From Spirulina sp. (lineage in GTDB: Bacteria; Cyanobacteriota; Cyanobacteriia; Phormidesmidales; Phormidesmidaceae): a stretch of 64,000 nucleotides of DNA. The stretch covers positions 64,001 through 128,000 of the forward strand of contig JBIPSI010000007.1 of assembly GCA_044070495.1 (NCBI GenBank), written 5' to 3'. The notes below the pieces were generated by a model that worked only from the letters and a program-made list of their open reading frames with translations, made no database searches and was not told the origin of the DNA. The translations under genes and the position numbers were made by a program. Shown here piece by piece: positions 39,972 to 49,524 of the stretch (positions are counted from its first letter, which is position 1; every line of letters starts with the position of its first letter).

Positions 39972-40829
39972 TTAGCGGCCATAGTCGGTCTCGTTGTAGA
40001 GAGCCAGGGCGCTGCGCCAGACTAGGTAGCCATTGGCGTTGAGGTGTAGGCCATCGGTCGAGAGATCGGGCCGTAGATAGCCGTCACCATCAACGAACAG
40101 TGGGTAAAGGTCGAGGTATTCCACCCCGGCTTCGGCAGCAATTTGTTTGATTTGGGCATTCACTGCCACGATGCGCTCTGGGGGCAAGGCCAATAGACGG
40201 TCACGGCCTTCCCAGGTAGCGGTGGGGCCACCGTGGGGTAGGATGGACTGCACCACAATTTGGGCCTGGGGATGCTGAGTTTTGAGGGCGTTGACGATGG
40301 CTCTCAGATTGCCAACCAGTTCGGCATCGGATCCGCCCCAGATCAGATCGTTAATGCCGATCATGATGAAGGCGCTTTCCACCGAGTTTTGATCCAGCAG
40401 GGCCAGGCGGTTGAGTAGACCGCTGGAGTTTTCCCCAGAAATGGCCTGGTTCATCCAGGTTCGGCGTCCCGGCAGCAGGCTTTGGGGAAACCAGAGGGTA
40501 ATGGAATCCCCCAGCAGCACCGTTTGGCGGGGCAAATCCGCTAGGGCAGCGGCGGTGGCTTCGGTTTCGAGTAAGGCTACCCACTGTTGATAGTCGAGGG
40601 TGCGACGATCTCCCAGGGTGGGCAGGGGGTGCGGTTGACCTTCGGAGGCAAAGGCATTGGCGGCGGACAAGACACTATCCGCCGGACGATGCACCTGTCG
40701 GAACAGCACCAGCACCGTGAGAAATAGCAGCCCATTCAGCACCAAAGATAGGATTACCCACAGGGGCACCTCCCCCAGCCGTCGTAGGGCTGAGACCAGT
40801 TGGGGATGTAGGGAGGAACGTGACGCCAC
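39972..40829 (-). CDS. GDSL/SGNH hydrolase with N-terminal membrane anchor
   Basis: LLGDSIT, NQAISG, MIGINDL, DGLHLN. Confidence 0.88.
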   Translation of the reverse strand: MASRSSLHPQLVSALRRLGEVPLWVILSLVLNGLLFLTVLVLFRQVHRPADSVLSAANAFASEGQPHPLPTLGDRRTLDYQQWVALLETEATAAALADLPRQTVLLGDSITLWFPQSLLPGRRTWMNQAISGENSSGLLNRLALLDQNSVESAFIMIGINDLIWGGSDAELVGNLRAIVNALKTQHPQAQIVVQSILPHGGPTATWEGRDRLLALPPERIVAVNAQIKQIAAEAGVEYLDLYPLFVDGDGYLRPDLSTDGLHLNANGYLVWRSALALYNETDYGR

Positions 40830-41187
40830 TGCGCTAGGCTGCCAGAGAGGAAAGCAACAATCTTTGGAGAAGACAGGGCCAAAGGGAGAGTCTCTCCGTG
40901 GCCCAGATTTTAAGCCTAAATCATCATGACTGTGACTGAAACGCTGGGGTTCTTTTCGGTGATAGCTCTAATTCTATATTCCTAATTCTGTGGCCCTAAG
41001 GTTTCCAGGTGGGGGCACCTCTAAACTACCCCCCGCACACTGATCATCGCCCCAAGCCCTGGATGCTATGGCTGGATAACACGGTCTGAAGCGTACGCCA
41101 TGAAGCCTATGGGCCGGGATGATGGGGTCGGTGGCGAGTTATGGAAATTTTCTCTAGATTGGGGCTAGCCGCATTCCCCGTTGCCCC

Positions 41188-41988
41188 ATGACTACTCCCG
41201 CCATCCCTAGACCATCGGTGTTGCAGGATTTGCCCGACGACTTTGCTGACCTCAGGCCGATACTAGAGGCCAACCTGGAACCCTACATCAAGATGACCGA
41301 AACCCAGGTGACTCCGCCCCAGGTTAAGCATCCAGCGGACCCCCTGACACTGTGGCAAAGCAAGCTAGGGGGGAATCCCTATTTCCCAAAACAGGCCACC
41401 TATCCCACCGACCCCAGTACCCAGTTACCCATGGCCCTGTTGGTGCAGATTAACTGTTCCGAGGTACCCACCATTGCCGGATTTGATTTCCCCACCCAGG
41501 GCCTTCTGCAATTCTATGTGGGGGGTGCTCAACTGGCCGAAGCCTACCGTACCAAAAGCGTCCAGGTGCTCTACTTTCCAGAGGTGACCGAGGATATCGA
41601 GGCCCTGATGACGGACTTTAGCTTCATCCCCCTGCGGGAAACCTATCGCGACACCTTTGATGCCGTTTATAGCCTCTCCTTCAGCGTCAGCCAGGATGTG
41701 TTCCTCGATTGGCATCCTCCCGACCTGGAGAACTTCGACCCGGACTTGGTGGCCGACTTCGAGGACTGGATCTACGACTACTACATCGACAACGGCGCAA
41801 ACCACCTAGGCAGCAAGTTGGCGGGCTGGCCCGATCCCCACGGTTCCGTTCCCGGCCATTGGCAGCGATTGTTGTTGGAGGTGGCCAACCTAGGGGGGGT
41901 GAGCGAGTCGGTCTATTTCTTTTTAGAAGACGACAGGCTTCGCGCCCGCGACTTTAGTGCCGTGCGGTTCTATCACGAATGCGACTAA
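41188..41988 (+). CDS. YwqG/DUF1963 family protein
   Basis: SKLGGNPYFP, LLVQIN, PTQGLLQFY, SKLAGWP, RDFS. Confidence 0.8.
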   Translation: MTTPAIPRPSVLQDLPDDFADLRPILEANLEPYIKMTETQVTPPQVKHPADPLTLWQSKLGGNPYFPKQATYPTDPSTQLPMALLVQINCSEVPTIAGFDFPTQGLLQFYVGGAQLAEAYRTKSVQVLYFPEVTEDIEALMTDFSFIPLRETYRDTFDAVYSLSFSVSQDVFLDWHPPDLENFDPDLVADFEDWIYDYYIDNGANHLGSKLAGWPDPHGSVPGHWQRLLLEVANLGGVSESVYFFLEDDRLRARDFSAVRFYHECD

Positions 41989-42011
41989 ATCCGGCGCGGC
42001 GCGGCGCGGCG

Positions 42012-43103
42012 CTACACATTAAACCGGAACAGCATCACATCGCCCTCCTGCACCACGTACTCTTTACCTTCGCTGCGGACGAGACCCTTGTCCTTGGCGG
42101 CGGCCATGGATCCGTTATCAACAAGATCCTGATAGGCAACGGTTTCGGCCCGAATGAAACCCCGTTCAAAGTCGGTGTGGATGACGCCAGCGGCCTGGGG
42201 GGCCAGCATTCCGGCTTTGATCGTCCAGGCGCGGGTTTCCTTGGGGCCAGTGGTGAAGTAGGTGCGTAGGCCCAGCAGTTCGTAGGTGGCGCGAATCAGG
42301 GTCAGTAGCCCTCCCTCGGTGACGCCCAGGGCATCGAGGAAGTCCCGCCGTTCCTCGTCGTTGAGGTCGATCAGTTCCGATTCTACCTGGGCTGAAATCA
42401 CCACGACTTGTGCCCCCTCCTCGGCGGCGACTTGGCGCACCTGTTCTACCCAGGCATTGCCGCTGGCCAGGTCATCTTCGGAGACATTGGTGGCGTAGAT
42501 AACGGGCTTGCGGGTGAGCAGTCCCAGGGGTTTGATGATGGCCTCGGCCTCTTCGTCCAGTTCCACCTGGCGGGCGGTTTTGCCCTCGTTGAGAACGGGC
42601 AGAATTTTCTCCAGAATAGCTAACTCCGCCTGGGCTTCTTTGTCAGCGCGGGCCAGCTTGCGGACTCGGTCAACCCGACGCTCTAGCTGGGCCAAATCCG
42701 CCAGGGCCAGTTCCAGGTTAATCACCTCCATGTCGCGCACCGGGTCTACGGAACCGGAGACATGGATGATGTCGTCGTCCTCAAAGCAGCGCACCACATG
42801 GACAATGGCATCCACCTCGCGAATGTTGGCCAAAAACTGGTTGCCCAAGCCTTCCCCTTGGCTAGCCCCCTTCACTAGTCCAGCAATGTCCACAAATTCC
42901 ACCCGCGCAGGCACGGTTTCGGCGGAACTGGACAGATCGGCTAGCACCTGAAGCCGAGGGTCGGGCACCGCCACCACTCCCACGTTCGGCTCGATGGTGC
43001 AGAAGGGAAAGTTGGCGGCTTGGGCCTTGGCGTTGGCAACCACGGCATTGAAGAGGGTCGATTTTCCAACGTTGGGCAGGCCCACAATTCCGGCTCGCAG
43101 CAT
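42012..43103 (-). CDS. ychF: Redox-regulated ATPase YchF
   Basis: [64 protein letters not shown]. Confidence 0.98.
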   Translation of the reverse strand: MLRAGIVGLPNVGKSTLFNAVVANAKAQAANFPFCTIEPNVGVVAVPDPRLQVLADLSSSAETVPARVEFVDIAGLVKGASQGEGLGNQFLANIREVDAIVHVVRCFEDDDIIHVSGSVDPVRDMEVINLELALADLAQLERRVDRVRKLARADKEAQAELAILEKILPVLNEGKTARQVELDEEAEAIIKPLGLLTRKPVIYATNVSEDDLASGNAWVEQVRQVAAEEGAQVVVISAQVESELIDLNDEERRDFLDALGVTEGGLLTLIRATYELLGLRTYFTTGPKETRAWTIKAGMLAPQAAGVIHTDFERGFIRAETVAYQDLVDNGSMAAAKDKGLVRSEGKEYVVQEGDVMLFRFNV

Positions 43104-43279
43104 GGTTTAGGTCTTGAGATAAGGGGACAGGACATACCATCATACCCCTTCAGCATAGGGGAAGCCGCCGCCAATGGAGCGGCCTGTCGCAAGACCTGAG
43201 GGTTGCTATACCCTAGGGTTGCTATACCCTTAAGGCGGCAGGGGCCGTAAGACGACGTAGGTAGGGGAGGACGGGTGCG

Positions 43280-43984
43280 ATGGTAAGCGAGGGCTGGCAG
43301 GATCGGTTTAACCAGGTGGCGCAACCCCCACGGGAAGTGGGCTATCTCCAGCCAAGCGCAGCCCCCACGAGCTATCAACGGGTCTTTAGACGGCGATCTT
43401 GGTTCATCGGCCTGGGCCTGGGCCTGGGGCTGCTGCTGTCGGGCTGCGAAACCCTGGGGCTATCGGGATCATCCCCCGATGCCGATACGGAAGCGGGGAA
43501 TCAGTACGTGAGTCGTTCGGTACGGGGGAGTCGGTTAATGAGCCGCACCATGCCCGCCAGTTTGGGGCTGCGACGAGGCTGGCAAATGGCTCCACCCCAA
43601 TCGCTCCACCCCAACGCCGACCTGCAAGCCCACCACCCAGGACAGGGAATCTTTTTGGTGGTGCTGGGGGAAAGCAAGGCCAGCGTGATGCCAGGAACCT
43701 TGGAACAACAGGCCATGCAGTATCTTCAACTGATGCGAATGGGCTTTGACCAAGTGACGAGTCCAGAATCGCGCACGGGGGTAAGCCAGGTCGGCACCTA
43801 CCCAGCAGTGCAGTACGCCCTCCAAGCCAATGTGCGGGGGGAATCGGTGGCCTACCTCCATACCACCGTGGAAATGGGGGAGCACTACTACCAAGTGGTG
43901 ACCTGGACAAAGGCGGATCGCTACTCCTCCAATGCCGACGAAATGCGGGCGGTGGTGCAAGAATTTAGCCCCGATCAGCGTTGA
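43280..43984 (+). CDS. Hypothetical lipoprotein
   Basis: Lipobox LLLSGC; YLHTTVE..YYQVVTWT conserved-looking C-terminus. Confidence 0.65.
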   Translation: MVSEGWQDRFNQVAQPPREVGYLQPSAAPTSYQRVFRRRSWFIGLGLGLGLLLSGCETLGLSGSSPDADTEAGNQYVSRSVRGSRLMSRTMPASLGLRRGWQMAPPQSLHPNADLQAHHPGQGIFLVVLGESKASVMPGTLEQQAMQYLQLMRMGFDQVTSPESRTGVSQVGTYPAVQYALQANVRGESVAYLHTTVEMGEHYYQVVTWTKADRYSSNADEMRAVVQEFSPDQR

Positions 43985-44062
43985 GCGTCCTCAGATGAAA
44001 AAGCCCGCCGGGGAACCGACGGGTCAATAGCAAAGGATTAGGGGCGATTCGAGAATTAAAGA

Positions 44063-44710
44063 CTACCCTAAAATGGATGCCGAGAGGAAAGCTACACCAA
44101 TGCCTGAGAGAGTAAAACCCGCGAAACGTAGGTTAAGTGGCTTTACCTCACTACTTGCCCCTAGCTGCTTAGCCAACAGATAAGCACTAATAGAGATGAA
44201 CATCTGAATAGCAGAGAAACCTACTAAGTAAGCAATCAATGATGACATTTCTGCCCCAATGACAGCCTCTCCATACGCATAGCCATGGAACATGCCAGCC
44301 ATCGAAGCCAGGAGAATCATGGCTCCCGCAGGCAATGAGTTCTTGGCAGCTAGAAGCAAGCCAAATACCAAAACAGATGAAGCAATAAAGAATTCTGGTG
44401 CAGGCAAGTTAAGGTTAGACAAATGAATCCCTGTACCCAGAAGTGAAGCTAGAACAAACGCCACAGGAATGAACAAGCCTCGATTAAAGATAGCGGCTAG
44501 CAAACCAATGGTGATTACAAAGGCGAGGTGATCAAGACCAATCACTGGATGTCCAACACCAGAGAGAAATCCCTCCATCGCAGTTGTTGGAGAGTCCCCA
44601 CCAAATGGATGGTGAGCCAGGGCTGGGAAACATAGGGTTAACGAGGTAATAGCTACTAGACTGCTGATGATAATCTTCGGTCTCAAGTTAGAAAAAGACT
44701 GGATATGCAT
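44063..44710 (-). CDS. HupE/UreJ family Ni/Co transporter
   Basis: ALAHHPFGG, GVGHPVIGLDHL, GMFHGYAYG. Confidence 0.92.
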   Translation of the reverse strand: MHIQSFSNLRPKIIISSLVAITSLTLCFPALAHHPFGGDSPTTAMEGFLSGVGHPVIGLDHLAFVITIGLLAAIFNRGLFIPVAFVLASLLGTGIHLSNLNLPAPEFFIASSVLVFGLLLAAKNSLPAGAMILLASMAGMFHGYAYGEAVIGAEMSSLIAYLVGFSAIQMFISISAYLLAKQLGASSEVKPLNLRFAGFTLSGIGVAFLSASILG

Positions 44711-44766
44711 GGTGGGTTAGTCCTAACGGTAGTTCTAGGTTTTACAGAAGTATCAAAAGGTAGCTA

Positions 44767-45156
44767 TCAGATTGCACTAGAGGAAGCATCAGAGAGAATA
44801 GGCTCATCATGGGCACTTGCACAATCTAATAAAGTAGATAACTTTGCCTCTAGCTCTGTCTTATCTACAAGACCTGTATCTATGACAAGCTTTTCTAAAA
44901 CGGTATACCAGCGCTGGTAGTAGTCCCAGGTTGGATCGTCTAGATTATGCTCTGACTCCCACTCATCAATGGTGGAAATTAAATTTTTACGAAAGTCTTC
45001 CCACTCGTAATGCCCTTTTTTAGATAGGGCTATGGCAAGCGCAAAGGCAACCTGTTCCCAACTTCGCTTGAAAGCAAGACTTCCATTCTCTCGAGGAGGA
45101 GATTCTTCACTGCCCATTAAGCTAGAAGCAGCAAAATGTTCAAATCGGGTAAACAT
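44767..45156 (-). CDS. Nitrile hydratase accessory/activator protein (P14K-like)
   Basis: PPRENGSLAFKRSWE..AFALAIAL..G.YEWEDFR..L, YYQRW..LEKL; ATG at 45156 preferred. Confidence 0.88.
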   Translation of the reverse strand: MFTRFEHFAASSLMGSEESPPRENGSLAFKRSWEQVAFALAIALSKKGHYEWEDFRKNLISTIDEWESEHNLDDPTWDYYQRWYTVLEKLVIDTGLVDKTELEAKLSTLLDCASAHDEPILSDASSSAI

Positions 45157-45271
45157 GGGAAATAAACCTTCTCCCTGGCTAAAGTAAAGCTTGTCCAAGC
45201 CCAGCGGCATAGTTTTAGCTAGGGGAAAATTTCAATCCCTAAGCTGGACTTGGAAAAAAGTTCGTAACTTT

Positions 45272-45901
45272 CTAAGGAATAGCTACTGTAGCCACACCCA
45301 TCATGGATTCTGGGGTAACAAGGTTGGCCAAATCATCTTCACTCATATGCTCGGTACCAGCAGGTCGTTCTGGCAGCACCCACCAGCGAATCTGTCCGCT
45401 ACTATCCCAAACTCGAACCTCGATAGAATCATCTAGCTCAAGGCCAAACTCCTTTAGAACCTTGCGAGGCTCACGGGCCGCTCTAGATCTGAAGGTTGGA
45501 TCTTTATACCAGTAGGGAGGTAAACCTAACGTCGGCCAAGGGTAGCAGGAACATAGGGTGCAGATGATCAAGTTATGAACAGACGAGGTATTCTCAGCTA
45601 CTCGCATGTGTTCACCTTCCGCACCAGACATGCCAGTTGTCATGCCCATCGCGTCACAGGCCGCATTGCAATCTTTGATTAAAAGCTCCTTGAACTCCGG
45701 ATCAACCCATGCCTTTGCGACCAATTTAGCCCCGTTAAACGGCCCCATCTTGGACTCGAAATATTCCAGCACCTTATTGACAGTTTCACTACCAATAATG
45801 CCTTTTTCAATCAACAAAGCTTCGAGTGCTCTAACCTTTGCAGCACTTTCTAGCTCACGATTGGGACTATAGTTAAAGATCTCATCACCAGGAATAGACA
45901 T
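45272..45901 (-). CDS. nthA: Cobalt-type nitrile hydratase alpha subunit
   Basis: GAKLVAKAWVDPEFK, metal site ICTLCSCYPWPTLGLPPYWYK (Thr/Tyr indicate Co-type), RVWDSS, VLPERP. Confidence 0.95.
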   Translation of the reverse strand: MSIPGDEIFNYSPNRELESAAKVRALEALLIEKGIIGSETVNKVLEYFESKMGPFNGAKLVAKAWVDPEFKELLIKDCNAACDAMGMTTGMSGAEGEHMRVAENTSSVHNLIICTLCSCYPWPTLGLPPYWYKDPTFRSRAAREPRKVLKEFGLELDDSIEVRVWDSSGQIRWWVLPERPAGTEHMSEDDLANLVTPESMMGVATVAIP

Positions 45902-45934
45902 CGGTATCTCACCTCACTTCAAAAAATTCTAGGT

Positions 45935-46681
45935 CTAGGCTGCATCGAGATAGATCTCGAAAATGTCGGCGTAAAAAGTAGATCCAGGTTCAGCGAGATC
46001 TTCACCCCAGATTTCCTTAGGATCAAAGCGGACGCTATAGCTGGGCTGGGCTGGGCCTAATCCATCAGAGGGGCCAGGAAAGTAGGCATAGCACCCTTCA
46101 TAAACGAGGTCAATAACTCCGGTCTTACCACGCAAATGCCCTGGCAGTCGAGTATGTTCAACCACTGGCATATCCTTGACCACTACAGTCTCACCTACGG
46201 AGAACTTTGGCTGAATATTGACGTCTCGCTTCGGAGAGTCACCCAGTTCTAAGTACTTGATGACTTGCTCATCAATAGCGGCAATTTCCTTCTGAGGAAG
46301 TGGGAAGGGGTCAACGTTCCCCTCTTTCAGATAAAAACTGATTTTCTGATCCAGTTCTTCTTGGGAAATATACCCTTTCTCAACAAAGAAGCCAGAGATA
46401 CCACCTAACCACTTTTCGTAGTATCGAAATTTGAAGTAGTCGAAGGGGTTCATGGCTTCTGCCCCTCGCCGCAAATCAGCCCAAGTCCAGATATCCTTAA
46501 AGGTTGTAGGAACCTGCTCAATGGGATAATTAGGTAATGCATCCTTGAGGTGAGCACTTAAACCCATCATGGCTGTATGAATGCCGAAGATGCGCTTTTC
46601 CCATTGCTCAACAAATACTTTCTTCTGAAAGTCTACGGGGCCAAGTCCTTCTAGGCTGCCTAGAGAATGCTGTAATTTCAT
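45935..46681 (-). CDS. nthB: Nitrile hydratase beta subunit
   Basis: WEKR, DLRRGAE, YYEKWL, HTRLPGHLRGKTG, YSVRF..EIWG, DIFEIYL. Confidence 0.92.
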   Translation of the reverse strand: MKLQHSLGSLEGLGPVDFQKKVFVEQWEKRIFGIHTAMMGLSAHLKDALPNYPIEQVPTTFKDIWTWADLRRGAEAMNPFDYFKFRYYEKWLGGISGFFVEKGYISQEELDQKISFYLKEGNVDPFPLPQKEIAAIDEQVIKYLELGDSPKRDVNIQPKFSVGETVVVKDMPVVEHTRLPGHLRGKTGVIDLVYEGCYAYFPGPSDGLGPAQPSYSVRFDPKEIWGEDLAEPGSTFYADIFEIYLDAA

Positions 46682-46731
46682 AAACTCTTTAGCTCCATTT
46701 CACTGATTTCAAGATTTGAATTGTGCTGATT

Positions 46732-47262
46732 TTAGATGTCCTTAGCGGTTTCCCTAGCCGCCTCAACGACAGCAGGAGTTGTCGTCATCGCTTTGCCCCA
46801 AGCTTCGGAAAGATAGCCAAAGATGTTTCCTAGAATCATGGCTGCAATAGCAATTAAAACTGGGTTATTGGGTAAGGGAGCTGTCACCGATAAGCCTGTC
46901 ACGGCAACAGTACCAACGGTTTGTGAAAAACCCCACACAATGGCAGGAGTAATACCGTGGGTGAAAGGAAGCTTTGAGGCCTGCACCATGCCAGCGCTAC
47001 CAATACCAACACAAATGGCGGCAACGAGGGGACTCGGCCCAATTAGATCAATGGCCAATAAAGAAAGAGCTGCAATGATAATCCCCGTAATATTACAGGA
47101 AACAGATTTAGTAAATCCTCGAACGCCACCCCCAACGATAAAAAAGGAGGCCCAGGCCGTGAAGGTAACCCAAACGGGTACAGGGATGACAGTTGCCGTC
47201 AAAAATACATCTACACCGCCAAGAACACCGATGCTAATACTCAGGGCTTCGGACTGTTTCAT
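46732..47262 (-). CDS. DUF1097-like integral membrane protein
   Basis: About 6 TM; PVWVTFTAWASFF, GNIFGYLSE. Confidence 0.7.
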   Translation of the reverse strand: MKQSEALSISIGVLGGVDVFLTATVIPVPVWVTFTAWASFFIVGGGVRGFTKSVSCNITGIIIAALSLLAIDLIGPSPLVAAICVGIGSAGMVQASKLPFTHGITPAIVWGFSQTVGTVAVTGLSVTAPLPNNPVLIAIAAMILGNIFGYLSEAWGKAMTTTPAVVEAARETAKDI

Positions 47263-47288
47263 AATAGGCTTGGCTCCGAATTATTTGG

Positions 47289-48245
47289 TCACATTAAGCA
47301 ATCATGAAAACCGCGCCGCAACTCATCTTCATTTAGGTTGCGACCAATAAAGACCAGTTCATTCCGTCGAGTTTCCCCAGGCTGCCAGGGACGACCTGGG
47401 CGACCATCTAGGGTCATATGAACTCCCTGAAAAACAAACCTTCGATCTTCATAGTCCATGTCGAGGATGCCTTTCATCCGAAAAATATCAGCCCCTCGCT
47501 CTTGCACCAGTTGATAAAGCCAGCGGTTGAATTTATCACCATTGACAACCCCACCTTCTTGCATGGCTACTGAGGCAACGGTCTCATCATGCTCGTGGGC
47601 ATCTTCGTCTAGAAACTCTGGATCGACACTGAGAGCATTCTTCAGATCAAAAGCTCCAACTCCTAACACAGAATCTAGGCTAATTTCACAGTTTTGGGTC
47701 TGATGAATTTTGGCGATTACATTCATCTGTCGAATTCTCTGCTCCAGTTCTTCCAGAATTGGGGGAGAGACTAAATCAACTTTGTTTAGTAAAATGACAT
47801 CGGCAAAAGCAATTTGCTCTTGGGCTTCACTGCTATCCCAATGCTCCCAGATATATTTAGCGTCAACAACGGTGACGATGGCATCTAGAAGAAGCCGTGA
47901 TCGCATGACTTCATCCACAAAAAAAGACTGAATGACAGGGGCAGGATCAGCTAGGCCCGTCGTTTCAATCATGAGGTAGTCAAAATCCTCAGAGCGCTCC
48001 ATCAAGCTACTAATGATGCGAATCAAATCACTTCGCACTGTGCAGCAAATGCAGCCATTATTCATTTCAAGAATTTCTTCGTCAGCACCTATCACAAGCT
48101 GGTTATCGATGCCAACTTCGCCAAATTCATTGACAATCACAGCAATTCGCTTGCCGTGCTGTGCAGTAAGAATATAGTTCAGTAATGTGGTCTTGCCTGC
48201 ACCTAGATATCCAGTCAGTACCGTGGTAGGAATCTGATTCTGCAA
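47289..48245 (-). CDS. CobW/COG0523 GTP-binding metallochaperone
   Basis: [52 protein letters not shown] start with RBS GAGAGG. Confidence 0.93.
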   Translation of the reverse strand: MQNQIPTTVLTGYLGAGKTTLLNYILTAQHGKRIAVIVNEFGEVGIDNQLVIGADEEILEMNNGCICCTVRSDLIRIISSLMERSEDFDYLMIETTGLADPAPVIQSFFVDEVMRSRLLLDAIVTVVDAKYIWEHWDSSEAQEQIAFADVILLNKVDLVSPPILEELEQRIRQMNVIAKIHQTQNCEISLDSVLGVGAFDLKNALSVDPEFLDEDAHEHDETVASVAMQEGGVVNGDKFNRWLYQLVQERGADIFRMKGILDMDYEDRRFVFQGVHMTLDGRPGRPWQPGETRRNELVFIGRNLNEDELRRGFHDCLM

Positions 48246-48288
48246 AGATGACAGCCTCTCTTATTTTTTCCTTATTTTGTATAAGAGG

Positions 48289-48331
48289 AAAATAAGGGAG
48301 GATGAAAATGATAACTGTATATTAGGCGACA
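48289..48331 (-). promoter_or_regulatory. Putative NtcA class II promoter of the nitrile hydratase operon
   Basis: Minus strand TGTC-N8-TACA (48331-48316); exactly 22 nt after the TAC is TATTTT (TAN3T, 48294-48289). Confidence 0.5.
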
Positions 48332-48395
48332 CATTGAGAACTTAAAAACGTTGGTCGATCTACTTATTGATGCTCTATGGCCTAGACATCGCCTT

Positions 48396-48671
48396 TAGTC
48401 AATGCCCCCAAAATCCCTAAGTAATTGCAACGACAGAGAGGACGATCAATTCTGGTGGACCAGGGTTATCATCCGGCCATGTTGCGAGAGGCCCTTGAAC
48501 CGGACTATCCGCAGCTGATGCGAAAGATTAAGTTCGAGCGGTCGCTGAAGCCTTCAAAAGCCGAAGTTGAGAGACCCCTGCCTCATACCACCACGCATCT
48601 CAATCTATGCTTCGTCAGGCTCATATTCAAATGACTGGCGGCTCCTACCTAGGGATCTCAAATGGGTTCCA
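48396..48671 (+). mobile_element. IS5-family transposase remnant (internally deleted 3' end plus right end)
   Basis: ILVDQGYHP..LEPDYPQLMRKIKFERSLKPSK and ERPLPHTTTHLNLCFVRLIFK, premature stop, then GATCTCAAATGGGTTC end-like sequence; recognised from memory of cyanobacterial IS5 C-termini. Confidence 0.65.
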
Positions 48672-48753
48672 TAGCTATCTCTGCCTTCTCTGGGGTCTAC
48701 CTGTCGCCCATCTGTGGCCTAATAGAAAGGGACAAAACGCGCAGAAGGAGATC

Positions 48754-49392
48754 GTGGGCGTGAGTAAGCAGTGGCTCGGTGGCCTCAACACAATCGGTAG
48801 AGATGGCCTGCGGCCAAGGCTGGAATCCTGGTGTCGGGGCCTCTGGCAAGGGGTGATGGTTCTGAGCTTGGTCGCTCTATTGTGGATTGGCCTCGGTGGG
48901 CAACCCAGCGCCCAGGCAGGGCTGACCGACGACAATTTCGATGGCAATATCTTTGCCCTCTATGCCGGAAATGGCTCTCTAGTACCGCCCAAGGTCTCCC
49001 TAGAGCAGTCTTTGAAGTACAACAAACCCGCCATTGTTGTGATCTACGTGGACGACAGCAGCGACTGCAAACTGTTCTCCTCCACCATTTCCCAACTGCA
49101 AGCCCCCTACGGTCGGGTGGCCAACTTCATCCCGGTCATGGCCGATGCTATCCCGGTCAAGGCTGAGTATGCCCCTAACGAACCGGGCTACTATTTCAAA
49201 AATGCCGTCCCCCAAACCCTGGTGTTCGATGCAGAGGGCAACCTGCGCTTCAACGAAACGGGAACCGTCAGCTACGAAGCCATTGACGACGTAATGCGAG
49301 AGGTCTTTGACCTGCTACCCCGCACCGAGTCTGTAGAACTGCGCCGCCGCCCCGTCAACGAAGTCAACGTAGAACTCGTCCCCGCCGATTAA
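48754..49392 (+). CDS. Thioredoxin-like thylakoid photosystem I accumulation factor
   Basis: DNFDGNIFALYAGNGSLVPP, YVDDSSDCK, VPQT, REVFDLLPR; GTG at 48754 with RBS AAGGAG. Confidence 0.8.
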   Translation: MGVSKQWLGGLNTIGRDGLRPRLESWCRGLWQGVMVLSLVALLWIGLGGQPSAQAGLTDDNFDGNIFALYAGNGSLVPPKVSLEQSLKYNKPAIVVIYVDDSSDCKLFSSTISQLQAPYGRVANFIPVMADAIPVKAEYAPNEPGYYFKNAVPQTLVFDAEGNLRFNETGTVSYEAIDDVMREVFDLLPRTESVELRRRPVNEVNVELVPAD

Positions 49393-49524
49393 GCGCTCCA
49401 TCGTAGGGCGCACAACGCCAAGGCGAGACTGCGTCAACGCGAAGCCATGCCCTACCCAGAGACTTCGCTAGTGTGCCACTAGCCCCGACTCCCAAGGGGC
49501 GGATGGGTCGCGTTTACCTAATCC

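Noticed and set aside
41991..42012. (CGGCG)4 microsatellite between convergent genes
   Set aside because: Short and intergenic, with no evident functional consequence
45272..46681. Classical three-subunit thiocyanate hydrolase or NHLP RiPP precursor
   Set aside because: Beta is one full-length chain and alpha keeps the complete CTLCSC metal site; no RiPP-modifying enzymes nearby
48607..48753. N-terminal extension of the PSI accumulation factor ORF
   Set aside because: Begins inside the IS5 remnant; the RBS supports GTG at 48754
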